Source: Camelus dromedarius
Taxonomy: Eukaryota
DNA: 64,000 nucleotides
Assembly (NCBI RefSeq): GCF_036321535.1
Contig: NC_087436.1
Span: 43,402,001 to 43,466,000 of the forward strand
Direction: 5' to 3'
Below are positions 51,275 to 64,000 of the stretch, one piece after another. The notes under the pieces were generated by a model, which worked only from the letters and a program-made list of their open reading frames with translations, searched no databases and was not told the DNA's origin. How positions within the stretch are numbered: the first letter of the stretch is position 1; each line of letters starts with the position of its first letter. Both the position numbers and the translations under genes were made by a program.

Positions 51275-54200
51275 TCAAGAAATTCAAGTCAGGATTACAC
51301 AGTGCAGTTCCCTCAAAACGAGAAGCCAGGCAAAATAAAAGTGAAAGACAAAAGTGAGCCTCTCTAGAGGTTCCACATTTTCGTCAATTCTTTTGAATTT
51401 TTAATTCTTCACCATGTGTGCATTATTATGTTATTTGCTCTCCTGCCTAATTCTCAGACCAAAGTGCTGCCATATTATGTATACCACAAGCATAACAGTG
51501 TGTGTGTGTGTGATCTTTCCAACAACAGGGCCTTCAAAAACACAAAATCTACCAGTAACTTTGGCCTCATTTATGAAGATAGAATGGAAATTAGAAAAAC
51601 ACACCTCCTTCATAAAAGTAAAACACTTTTTAAATATCCAGTGAGGCATTTCCAAAATTGATTTATCATGCTGAGTTACTGTGGATTATTTTACAAAGGA
51701 CACATACAACCAAATGCTGAAAATTCCAAATCCATTCCGAAGACACTTTTTATCCTCACAAGCGGCCCAGCACTGAGCAAGAGAAAGCACCCTGTGTCCT
51801 CTGACCAGCCGCATGCAGCCTCTAGAAATACAGAGGGTCCGGAAACAGAAAAGCTGTATTATATTATCGCCACATTTACGTGAAACCTTCTCCATATACT
51901 TTTCTTCAGCCTCCAGACATGTTTTCAGGTGAACTACCTCTAAACATCCTGGTGCTGGCAGACTTTTTTGCATACTCTGTTTTGTACTTACTGTACCTTT
52001 TTCACGACTTTAAAGTTAGAGTTACTTCAACTGAAACGGCATCTGGACAATGAAGAAACACACCATAATTACCTAAAATGTTAAAACAACTAGTGTATAT
52101 GTAAAACAGTTTCAGACTTTTTGGACACTGTCGTTTCCAGAATACATTTAAACCAAAGAATAGCCCGGATTGGCCATCATTTTGAGGAATCACTTGATAC
52201 CACATCCACTTCACTTAATTCTTGCTCTAATTCTAATGGCAGTTAAACAAAACAAAACAAAACAAAACCACTCACCAGAACAGAGTTCTCCTTTATCTGC
52301 ATGTCTGCAGGTTTATAATTTAAAATCTTTGGTTCCAGCTTGGTGGACAGAATCAGTTCCCAACAGCCCCTGCACATAGACTACGGTGGGCAGGTGTGTT
52401 GTATTGTTATTTAAAACATGCTGTTTGGAACATTGAATTCTTTCTCTGAGGCCCCTTAAGTGAGGCAGCTGAAAATCAGCAGCTGCAAGTTTTTTGCTTT
52501 ATTCCCCGGCTTGTCTTTGTTAGCTCTGGTCACTGAGCCCTTTTGCCTAATGAACAGGCTGTGGGGCAGCTGGACAGGATTGCTCCAATTCACCACCTAG
52601 ACGTGGAACACAGAATCCCAGAGCCACATTTGCCCACAGCCAGCAAGAATGGTGCTTGCTTTAAGTAATGGAGTGTCAGGGATATTAGATAAGAAAATTA
52701 TCCTATTAATGACACAAAATGGAAAATATCCATTTGATTCAATAAATTTCCCCTCTGTTCTCTAAATAGTATTTGGATACACTTATGTTTTACTTTTCTA
52801 CAGCAGCCTCATTCCTCTCTAAATACCAAAGGCTTATTTCAGGGACCCCAACTTTATGAACAGCATGAATCAAAATAACATTCTTATATCATCTGTTTTA
52901 TTTTTCATAAGTGATCTTCAAAATTTTAGCCTATACCTGGCTTACAAGAAAAGGTCACAAATATTCTTTCTGGTATGAGAATTAAATTTCCTGTCTAAAA
53001 ACTCCAGTCCTGACTAAAGCTAAAATAACATTTCCCTCAGCATATCAGAACTAAATTCTAAGGCTACGTTTGCAAAAACAAACAGATGGTAATCATGTGA
53101 ATTTTACCTCCAACTAGACTTATGTACAAAAACCTCCATTTAACTGCCTTTAAAAGCCAATAAAGTGTAGCACACAAAGCTGTATGCAGTGTTTACAGTC
53201 CTATGGAAATGGGAAACCCTGAAATTACAACCTGAGTTTATTTCCATTAAAAATGTAGTGCAAAAGGAAAAATAAGAACATTCCATTCAGGAAAAAAAAA
53301 GAAAAGAAAAAGCTTAAGAAGTGAATGGTGCAGGTACAACACTATCAGGGTAAAAACTACTGAAAAATGTAAGAATTAAAACTGTACATAGATGGTGGCT
53401 CCAAAGAAGAAAATGTTTGCAGTTTTCAGAAAACTGAAAGATTTCAGAGGAGGTGAACTGGAATCCTGAAGCTCAGTAGCCTGGATTTACATGGTATTGA
53501 GAAACAGCAGCCTACAATTCCTATGCACTTCATCTTTATTGTTTCATGTCGTATGACTACCATATGACAATATTGTTTCATAATAAGTTTGCACTCCACT
53601 CCAATGCTGGTTTGCATTTTACTTATGATTATGTTGGTATAACATTGCCTTTTGTATGCCCTCTCATCTTTTTTGCTTCTGTTTTTAAATCTTAATGCTG
53701 TACTTCCAGATATAAACTTCCTCACCAGCAATAAATTTGATAGCATGCTCTCTGTTTAACAACCTAAATCTTTAATTAGTTAAACGTGATGTGATGCTGA
53801 ATAATATTTTCCTACATCGAAGTCTTTCAGAGCTCTTTCTCTTCTTTGAATAATAGTTTTCTCCTGGGATGAGGAGAATAAAACTCTCTCAATAAAGCAC
53901 ATGGGAAAAATCCATCTACCCACTTAGGCAGATGGCACTTTGGGTGTCCTGTAAGGCAACTATTGATTATACACAGTTTCTGAGTGTGGTTGACAGGTAA
54001 GGGTAAACCTTTGGGAGTTTTTTGGCCATAGCTAGACTCAGCCACCTGCTTCTGTAGGATGGCACAGCATGTAGCCATATGTGTGAGTACTCCATTCTAC
54101 AAAGCTCAAAGCTTACACTGCTCCCCAGAGGCCAAGACCAAGGTCAAAATATTTATACCAACTGCTCCACAAAACTCTCAAGTCAGGTAATTCCATGTAT

Positions 54201-54709
54201 TACAGATTTTTCCATTTGTCTTAGAAGTTAAAATAAGTGACAAACATTTCATCAAAGTACATACCCTAAAAGATATATCTGACTTTAAAAATAGGTATTT
54301 TGGAAAAGCAATGGATGGTATTCGCCAATGTATGGTGTATCTACAATTTTTTTAGACCATTTACTTTCTCAGGCTAAATTAAATGCTAGCATTTCAGTTT
54401 CAAAATAGACAATAAGAAGAGTAACTATTTTCCTTCCTCTAAATTTTCTAATTGTTAGCGATTTTTAAAGTATGAGTTTTGAGGGAAATGTATTTGTCAG
54501 ATTCATGGTGGATTTATGACAAAGTCTTATGTTTGAAGCAAAATCTAAGGAGACACATTGCCCCAGCAGAGAGTGGAGAAAGAGGGGAAGAAAAAGACAA
54601 AGTTGGCCTAAAAGATGGTGAAATAAAGGTTTTTTTAGACAAAATTCATTTAATTTTAATTTAAAATTTTATTTATATTCTAATATAGGAAATATATTAA
54701 CACAAGTTC

Positions 54710-55942
54710 TAAATATATCTGAGAATTAAACCCCTGCATGTAGAATTACTGGATCAAAGGGTATGCTTATTTGTAATGTTGATAGATATTACCAAATTAC
54801 CTTCTATAAAAGTGGTACCCACTTACACTCCTACCAACAACCTATGAGAAAAACTGTTTTCCCACATCTTCTAACACAAATTATTATCAGAACTTTTTCA
54901 TATTTGCTATTCTGAAAGATGATAAATGATATCCCAGGGAGTTTCAATGTGTAACTACTCTTATGAGTGACGTCTATTCATACGTTGAAGAGACATTTAT
55001 ATTTCCTTTTCTGTTACTGACTCATTTCTTTGACCTATTTTTATTGGCTAATTGGACTTTTTCTTATTGACATGTGAGAGCCCTTTATATAGTAGGTATA
55101 TTAGTCTATGTCTGTGATACAAATTGCAAATATGTTTCCCTGAATTAGAGATTATTTCGTGAATTGACTTATGGTGATCTCTGCATGCAGAAATTCTTCA
55201 CATGTAGTCAAAGTTGTCATTTTTCTGTCTTATGGCTTACTGTTTTTATGTCATACTTAGAAAGATTTTCCCTACCTTAATTTTATAAAACTATTCTCCT
55301 ATGGCTTATTGAAGTATTTCTTTTATGTTTCATTCTTCATATTTAAATCTTTAATGCATTGCCATCTATTGTGGTGTCACATAAGATTATTTTTTTCAAA
55401 ATTGATCAGTGAGTGGTCCCTACAGACTCAAGATGGCACCTTAAACATACATTCAATTATCATAGGTATCCAAGTCTATTTCTTGGCCTTCCATTTGGTT
55501 CATTGATTTGTCTCTTTTCATATTCCAATACTATGTTCTATGTTTTTATAGTTTTACAGTTTTTTTAATATTTAGTATTTTAAATATTTAATATAATATT
55601 TTAAAATATTTTAAATATCCAAGTTAGTTCTCCTCCCCCTGTGTATTATTCTCCTTTCCCAGAACCTTTTAATTTTTGATTATTTTATTTTTTCATTTGA
55701 ATGTCAGATTCAGTGTGTCTAGCTCAAAAAACAAATCAGTAATATTATTTTGAGGTCATGTTAAATATATAGCTTAGGGAAAATGTATATGATTTAAATT
55801 TTCCTATGTGAAACATGGTATGCCTTTCCATTGTTTCTTGAGGCCTCAGGAATAGATTTACATTTTTTTTATAAGAGCTCAGATATTGCTTGTTTTATTT
55901 ATTCTAAACTACTTTATCTTTTCTGTTGCTATTGTAATTGGG
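54710..55942 (-). mobile_element. Ancient L1 (L1ME/L1M5-like) ORF2-end/3'UTR relic
   Basis: agaattactggatcaaagggtatgc...ttacactcctaccaacaa...catttaaatctttaatgcat...ttttctgttgctattgtaa. Confidence 0.8.
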
Positions 55943-56029
55943 GGTACAAAGAGTTGCAAGATAAGATTTCCATACTCAAAGAGTACAAGCTCCAATAATA
56001 GAACATTCAGGTTGTTACAACCACTAAAA

Positions 56030-56900
56030 TATAATGTGATGCATGCCATGGAAAAAAAAAAGGTCTGCAAAAACATGCTACAGGAATGAGACCATGTAGA
56101 TTATTGCACAGGGGAGTGTCTCCTGAAGGATAAATAGATGTCTCCCAAAAGACAAAGTGGCCAAAGGCACTTGAGATGGATGGAAGAGTTTGTACAGAGC
56201 CACAGACACCTGGGAGAAAGAAGTGACTTGATGGACTGTAAATAGTTTCCCAGAGCAAATCCATCAGACTCTTAGAGGGAGCAGGAAGAGATGAGGCTGA
56301 AAGGTGAACAAGAGCCCAATCACAAGAGAACTCTGTGTCCTGCCAAGGTGTGTAGACTTTACAGATATTGAAGGGTTACAAACAGGAAGGTCCAAAGTGC
56401 CCCAGGAAGGAACTAGCTCAGAAATTAGCAAAATAGGAGACTATTTTAAGCTTAAGGTAGGAGGTCTGCAATATGAAAAGCTCAAGGAATGGATTAAAGA
56501 CTCTTAGGGGGTAGAATTTTAGGACTTGTAATTAATAGAATATAAAAAGTAAAAGGGAGGGTTTCAGCTTTTTGGCTTAAGCATGTGCCTGGCAGGGACT
56601 AGAGAGATCACTTCAGGGAGGTAAACACTTGGAGACAGAGGAAACACTCTCACAGTCAAGATACTCATATGGTGGTGGTTTATTTCATCTCCATTCACCC
56701 AAGAGGTGAGGGAGAGGGGACATGTCTGACAACAGAGTCCTAGAAAATCCCAAACTTTAAGTGTTGGGTGGAGGAAGAGAATCCTTGTAAGACTGACTGA
56801 GGAATAACCAAAACTGTAAATGGAATTGACTTAGCAGTGTTTCAGAATTCAGGACAGGATCAAATTGACAAAGACTGAGCAGTTGCTGGAATCAAAGGTA
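56030..56900 (-). mobile_element. Degraded L2
   Basis: Purine-rich L2-like stretch, e.g. aatataatgtgatgcatgccatgg and aactttaagtgttgggtggaggaagag. Confidence 0.55.
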
Positions 56901-58159
56901 AAACAATATTTGAATAATTTTCACCTAATTAGAAATATAGGAACACTTGAAATGCTTTACTTTTTTGGGGGTGGAGTGGGATGGGGAAGGAAAAATCTTA
57001 GTTAAATATTTATTAAGCTGACATATTACCAGAATATTCAAGAATATGTTAATCATTTGATCACTATCTTGCCTTTGCTTCATAACTTATTTTTTCTGTA
57101 TAATAAAGGTATTCTTATTAATAGTCAATTATAAAGCTTCACATTATTTTAAAGAACTAAGCAAGAAAATGCAACAGAATGAAAGAAAATGTTCAACGTG
57201 CATCTCATCTTTAGCACGACAGACATGAGTTCAAAATTTTGTAGAAATTATTCCTATCTTTTGTAAACAATTACAAAAAGTGACAAATAAGTCATCATTA
57301 TCCATTTAAGTTCTTCACAGTGATGATGGTTTGGGTAATAAGGAAAATAATCAAATTGACAATCCTAATGTCACTGTTCAGCCATGAAACTATAATAAGG
57401 AGCCATGTGAAGGTATCTGGAGTTTTGAGTAGATTTGCTGGTAGTTGATCTGAACCAACCACACACTTTCACCAGAAGCTGCGTGCACAAACCTAGTTTT
57501 CTTGATTTACTCTAATTGTAACTCTATCTTTAGCCACTATGTTCAACTTTTCCCAATTTCTATTCTCACGGATTTTTTTCATACCTTTCTATATCCCTAA
57601 AAAATTTTCAGCTTATTTATCAGATTATTTTCCTCCATTAACACATTGGCCAGTGTAGTATGACAGGAAAAGTATTAAACAGTGAATTAAGAAACCCAGA
57701 CTTTACTCCCAATTGCCACAACTTTATTTTATGTTATTGAATATTTATTTTATGTTATTTCTCTAGACCTCAGTCATTTCTAAGACCCATCGGATTTCAC
57801 ATTCCCAAATTAATTTTTGTATGATGTTTGCCAAGAAAAGCCAGAAAGAATTCCAGGGGGTTAAAATAAAATTAAAAGCCACCGACAAACCCTTCATGGC
57901 TGATATTCTGACAGTGGATATGGGCCCTTATTTTTTTTTTCAATTTATTTATTTTGAGGAAGAGGAAGAGGGGGTGAGGGTGGAAGGGAGACTCAGTATA
58001 TTGCTAGAAATCTCCTACTGTTTTTGCAGTATAAAATTTTAGATGTTCTTTTAAAAAGTTTGTAAAAGCACAGAATTTTTCAAAACTATGTAGAGACTTT
58101 AGGAATTTTGTCCCTTTACCTCCTATGTCAAGTGAGAGGCAGAGAGGCAGGCCTCGATC

Positions 58160-58330
58160 AGGCTGTGTGACCTTCAGCAAGTCATTTAACTTCTCTGATC
58201 TCCATTGCCTCAGAGTAAAAGGAGGCTAGGCTGTGCCTATCTACTCTGCAATGTGGCTGTGAGAACTAAATTAAATGATACACTTAAAATTGCTTGGTAA
58301 ACTGTGACATACAAATATAAAGTTACTCTT
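58160..58330 (+). mobile_element. MIR
   Basis: gctgtgtgaccttcagcaagtcatttaacttctctga...gtgagaactaaattaaatgata. Confidence 0.8.
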
Positions 58331-60221
58331 TCTATTCCTTATCATTATTTCATTATCAAAAATTGGGGTAAAATATTTTCAACCATGAAGGAATGATGTC
58401 TGAGCATCTCTGCATTGCACAGGAAAATGGGAGAGGATAATCTATGACAGGAAGTTGTTCAATATTTAAAAAGGCATAATGTGCACATACAGAACATTTT
58501 GTCTAACATATGGGTTGTAATACTTTATCTATGTATATACTTTATGCATATACAAGTATAGACATAAGGCTACTCTTGGTAAATTCATACTTATTGTTCT
58601 GATTTCTCCTATTTTGATTTGCAGTGAAAATATATATGAAAAGGAGCATAAAAACAGAAAGATTTCTCCAAATTAATTTAGAAGTGTGTTCATTTTCAGC
58701 AAGATAAAAATTGGGTATTTTTTATTTTTTTGTTAAAAAAAGGTGCTGTGATCAAATATGTTTAGTCAATGCTGTGGACTATATGCTTATCTTAGAGATT
58801 AAAAATACAGCAACTTATGAAAGGTTCCAAGAAATCCTGCAACAGAGGAATCTGTTCAACTTTATTTAACACAGTTTCCCAAATTTATTTAACCATGACA
58901 CTCAATTTTTTTTTAACAAACTACCTATTAATATCTTATGAACCTCTAGTGTTCTGTATAACACGATGTAGGAAAAGCTGAAATCTGTTTCAAATCTGCA
59001 GCAGTCACTATAAAATACAAGATATCCAGTGTTGACTCTCAACTAGGCTGGCCGAGTACTCTTTTCCTCACTCACTAACACTTCAACCAAAAACTCGTCC
59101 TGGAAAACCCTGGCAAATGCAAATGAAATGTACCACGATGTGACTGAGATTGAATGAAAGGCAGAGGACACTTCTGGCAAATGGTACAAAGTATTATAGT
59201 TGTTAATATACCATCACTCATTTTGGACACAAGACCTCTTCTACATTATACCCTAAGGGCCCAGTGGGTGAGGGGAAAATTGCACCTTAAAGGAGGCAGG
59301 CATAATTGACTTCTGCTTGAGAAAATCAGTTTGCCCTTGGCAAAACAGCCAAATGTACCTTGAAAATGGCAATTATTTATTACCACTGGATTATCTGAGA
59401 TCTATGATAAACTCATAGTGCACCAGACTCTATAAAAATATTAGTCTCAACTAATGGACTTTTTATAATTCTCGTAACTTTTGAGAATAAAACTGCATAT
59501 TTAGGACCACATGCTCAAAAGATGACCTTTGTATGTGTTCCAATTTCCCACATGCTAGGTAATTAAACAAAGTAGTCAATGGCACCAAAGCTTTGTGAAA
59601 ACTGATGCACAATCAGAAAATAATGGCCAAAATATTTGTGTGCATATATACTGTGACAATAAAACAAAATGCTATAATGTTTCCAAAAACAGGGGAGTTC
59701 TACTGATCTTTTTTTTTTTTAGTGTTCGACTAGAAACGAGCTCCCAAGGGGAAAAAAAATTCCAAGAGATGTGAAGGAGGCATCACCTCAGCCTCTAAAG
59801 GGTTTTAAGGTGAAGAGCTGGTTGACACTGTTAGTGTGTTTGTTAAGCATATTGGACTTAATATGCTTAACAAACCAAGGGGTGGTTTCCTGGGGGAGAG
59901 CGGGAGGGGTGGGATGAGGGAGGCGGGTTAAGGGAGGGAAACTCCTAGATTTGGTCTGTCAGATTCCATAGAGCTGGATGTATGTGCAGTTTGAAAACCT
60001 TTATGTGTTCTTTCTACAGGAAAATAAACTCCATTACAATCTTAACTAGAGAAGATACACTAGTGCAAAAGCACTGAGAACCTAAAATTTATGTAAAATT
60101 AAAACGAATTAAGTATTATAATACAAATTAAGTGACTGGTGCAATAAAAGGATGTGTTCCTATTGTATTCTATAAGCAGGGTACATGTTTGATGTGTGAG
60201 TATATAACTTTTCCTTTTCTT

Positions 60222-60839
60222 AAGATAGTTTTATTAAGGTATAATTGATGCAAAATAATCTGCATATATTTAAAGTATACAATTCGATGAGCTTTAACAT
60301 ATGTATGTACATATGACAAATGTAAGCTATTACCACAGTTAAGATAATGAACACATCCATCACGCCCAAAAGTTTCCTCATATCTCTTTGTAATCTGTCC
60401 CTCCTTACTCCCAACCTTGTCCCAGGAACTCACAGATGTGCTTTCTGTTACCATGGATTAGTTTGTATTTTCTAGAGTTTTACATAAATGGAATAATACA
60501 GCACGTGCTTGTTTTATGTCTGGCTTTTTTCACTTAGATAATTATTTTGAGATCATCAGTGTTGTTGTATGTATTAATAGTTTGTCTCTTTTTGTTTACC
60601 CATTCGCCAGTTGATGGATATTTGGGTAGTTTCAAGTTTGGTGCTATTACAAATAAAGCTGCTGTAAATATTTGCATACTAGTCTCTGGATGGATTCATG
60701 CTTTCATTTATCTTGGGTAAATATTTAGGAGTGGAATGACTGGGTATTGGAGGTGTATGTTTAACTTTTTAAGAAACTGTCATATTTTCCTCCAGAGTAA
60801 TTGTACCATTTTACATTCCCACCAGCATTGTATGAAAGT
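60222..60839 (-). mobile_element. L1MC-like 3' end
   Basis: ttttattaaggtataattga...tttaaagtatacaattcgatgag...gctattacaaataaagctgct...accattttacattcccaccagca. Confidence 0.92.
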
Positions 60840-60840
60840 A

Positions 60841-61078
60841 GGAAAGGATGTGGAATTTGGGATTAACTACTAGATATGAAATAGATAAACAACAAGGACC
60901 TACTGTACGGCACAGGGAACTATAGTCAATATCTTATAATAACCTATAATGGAAAAGGATCTGAAAAATATATATATATGTATATGTATAAATGAATCAC
61001 ATTGCTGTACAACTGAAACATTGTAAATCAACTATACTTCAATAAAAAATAAACAAAACAAAACAAAAACTAACAAAA
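60841..61078 (+). mobile_element. 5'-truncated lineage-specific L1 3' end
   Basis: aaatagataaacaacaaggacctactgtacggcacagggaactata...aaatcaactatacttcaataaaaaa, with a (CAAAA)n tail. Confidence 0.92.
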
Positions 61079-61277
61079 GCCCTCAGTTCTGTTTTTAAAG
61101 CCTTTCAGCTGATTGAATCAGGCCCACCCAGATTATCTAGGATACTCTCCCTCATTTAAAAGTCAGATAATGGGCTTTAACCACATCTACCAAATATCCT
61201 TAGAGCAACACCTACAGTTTGATGGAATAACTGGGGCTCTAGCCTAGCCAAGTGGACACATCAAAATGACCACCACA
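61079..61277 (-). mobile_element. MLT2 (ERVL) LTR, 5' part only
   Basis: Reverse complement begins tgtggtggtcattttgatgtgtccacttggctaggcta, the MLT2 5' end. Confidence 0.85.
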
Positions 61278-62809
61278 CGAGCCATGCACATCCAGGGGTG
61301 TGGTGAGACAGAGGGGAGAGGGAATGCTGGTGCTCTAAATGTATTCTCTCCTGGGATAAGGATAGACAATTTATCAAACAAGTAGTGGGTCATTCCTTTC
61401 TTTGTCTATTTTGCCCCCCAATATGCCATCTTCTTTTTTGAAGTGCCTATCATTCCAAAATTGAAATGTTGATTTATATGAGTGTGCTGGAGATGATATA
61501 CTGGACTGCCTTTCTCTGGAACAGACCCAAACATAGATATGTAACTCTAAGATACACCAAGACAAAAAACAAACAAAAAACACCAAGATTAAAAAAAAAA
61601 ACCCTTTCACAACCATGCTGGACTTTAGAGAACAAAGAAGTATCTGGGCTTAAAGAACAATACTCAGAGTGAGGTGTCATCTAACATCTGGGAGTAGGGA
61701 CTCATACACTAGAGATTCTGATCATAGCAGCCTTCTTATGGCTTCAAACCTATTGCTTCAGCTCAATACGTACATTATTTTAGAAAATTATGAATTCAGT
61801 TTGATAAGATAATGTAATTACAATAATATCTATTGAGCTATGGAACTCAATGTTAATTTTGAATTTCACCTTGGAATGATACAGTCATAAACTATCCAGT
61901 CAAAAAAAATCTATGTGTGTGCACGTCTCCTTATGATCCATTGGTTTAAAAGCATGTATTAATCCCAAAGTACAAAACTTGGTGGACTATTGACTTATCA
62001 CATACTACCATTAAACCATCAAGATCTCTGACATCCCACCATTCCCTTTTAAGCTACAGTTTTTCCAAGATCTCTGATGAATTTCCATCATCTGGGGGAG
62101 TTGACAAGACTACACCACAAGGCTGCAGGATGTTTCCAAACTACTCATTTAAAATTTGCCCCACTGTGTTGTTTTTTAACATCTGATAATCTGAGACTTA
62201 TTTTATGAAATTATAATAAGCATGTACAGTACAATGCTGCCGAGCCTTTCAGACACACCAGGGCTTATTTTTATCCCCAGAATCAATTAGCTACAATAAA
62301 TATAAAACACCATCACAAATAGAAGGAAATTTGGTACATAAACATTATTGCTAAGAGGAATCAATGAATCAGTAAGACCACATGTTTTATCATATGTTTG
62401 TGTCTACAGTCTTCATTTTCATCAGTATTATAATATAACATCCTATTAAAATTATTTTTGAGTTTCTATTATACTATTAAGTAAGAATTTTTAACTTGGG
62501 GAACTGATAACCTCTTTGTGTCTCACTTTTCTTATTAAAATATGGTAACTAGATCTCTAGGGTTACCTCTAGTCGTGGTGTTGGTTTTTATCTGCTTTAA
62601 GAAAAATACAACTTGGAGATATAGCTACACATAAATTAAAGTAGCATTTGTCCACACAAAGTTGAGCAGAATCATTCCTATGGGACCTGGCTCACCTAGA
62701 AAATCTGTCTCCTCCCATCTGACTGTTTTAAGACTAAGCTCTTTTTCTCTCCCATCAGAATTTTTTTACCATTTGGGTTACCCTGCAAAAGCTTATGTGT
62801 TGGCCTCTG

Positions 62810-62995
62810 GTCAAGAGCTATGAGTAAAATAAAGGCTCTAACTTCCTTCTACTAGCTCATCTACCTGTCCTCATGCACACATCAGGGCTAATATTACCTT
62901 TCCCATTTTCCCTAACAAGGTTTCTGTTAGGTTCCAGAAATGTAAGTTAGGTGAAAAAAGATTATAGATATGAGGCATTGTGTGTATTTTATTTG
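62810..62995 (+). mobile_element. MIR (degraded)
   Basis: ggtcaagagc...ggctctaactt...cagggctaataattacct. Confidence 0.5.
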
Positions 62996-63349
62996 TTATT
63001 ATTTAACAACAACAACAACAAAAGCTAAAATACATCCCAAGTTTAAGCAGTCATTGTATCACCATTTTCATTCCTAAATCTGGGGGCTGGGGGTGACTAT
63101 ATTTGATTGGTCTGTAGCAAATTGTTTCCTCCCTCATTGAGAGTATTTGCTGGATTCTTTCTCAGCTCAGTCCTTCTTTCCACTGATTTCCTAGACCCTT
63201 GCTTCTACATCTCAGAACCTACCTGAGTAGGGCCTGAAGTAAAACATGAATCACTTACGTAAGAAGTGGATCACCCACTCAAGGTACTTCAGCCATCACC
63301 CTGTAAGCAATAATCCCTACAGGGTCACCAGAATAACAGGTACAAAGAT

Positions 63350-63472
63350 CTGTTAAAGACTTCGATTCCCACAACAATGGGAAGAGAACAAAGGGTTTTC
63401 TCTGTTTTGTTTAATGTTGCATCCCAGTTGCTGGAATAGTAAATGCTCAATAAATATCTAATGAAACAAATT
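63350..63472 (+). mobile_element. L2 3' end (degraded)
   Basis: tctgttttgtttaatgttgcatcccag...tagtaaatgctcaataaatat. Confidence 0.6.
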
Positions 63473-64000
63473 AACCTGCTTCAAGTATGCTTCCTTAACA
63501 ACTTCTATAAGATTTCTTTTTTGCACATAGCAGCCACATATGTATAGCTGTTATTACCCTGCAGTAGAAACCACTGATTTCTTTTCACTTGGGCACTGAG
63601 GAAAGGCTAGAGCATGAACTATATCCTAATTTGGACTCCATTCCTCCTTTGTCATGCTAGTGACTCTGGTGTCTGAGTCACCTCCCCTGCTTCTATATTC
63701 TATGCTGTTGCACATAAATGCTGTCACTTCCTGGAATCTGAAATGATATGTAGGAAATTCTCTATTTTTGACCAGAAGGTATCCCTGGAAAAAAATGTTA
63801 CAAAGTTTAGTGTCTGAAAGTTAGACATCAGACCTGCATGTTAGAGTTGTTCACTCAGAAATCAAACATGAAAAATAATAATTCCTGAGTCAAATTTCTT
63901 TCTGGTACTGCCTTTTCCAGGGCCAAGTAATCCTGTTGGTGGGTAACAATTTTCACAGTTATCTGGTAATTACTGACCTAGGAGCCAGTTGATTATGTCC

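Noticed and set aside
52065..52095. Other minus-strand AG|GT motifs (here, near 4925 and near 62695)
   Set aside because: Short or interrupted pyrimidine tracts. They show the chance background for recursive-site calls.
60170..60454. ORFs resembling spurious database proteins (also 30933-31199, 13524-13795, 21056-21403)
   Set aside because: They lie within L1 3'UTRs or LTRs.

Overview
Mammalian genomic DNA: AT-rich, CpG-poor and repeat-dense. It is most likely a camelid (alpaca, llama or camel), because it carries seven copies of a tRNA-derived SINE matching the camelid Vic-1 type and I saw no Alu, Bov-tA or PRE-1. The only protein-coding sequence I can support is the first coding exon of ANK2 (ankyrin-B) on the minus strand (9058-9141, [28 protein letters not shown], phase-0 GT donor), with its 5'UTR and promoter at about 9142-9460. 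Positions 1-9057 are ANK2 intron 1. Positions 9.5-64 kb are upstream sequence, which in human lies inside the long intron of ANK2 transcripts from more distal promoters. The rest is SINEs, truncated L1 3' ends (many with readable target-site duplications), L2, MIR, MaLR/ERV LTRs, DNA-transposon relics and microsatellites. None of the supplied ORFs looks like a real gene, and there is no CRISPR or prokaryotic system. The best leads are regulatory: an out-of-frame overlapping uORF and an overlapping acceptor/donor site in the ANK2 5'UTR, candidate recursive-splice sites, an RFX motif cluster, an L1-mobilised processed LTR fragment and a perfect 16-bp hairpin next to a G4 motif. Repeat family names are from recognition, not a database search.
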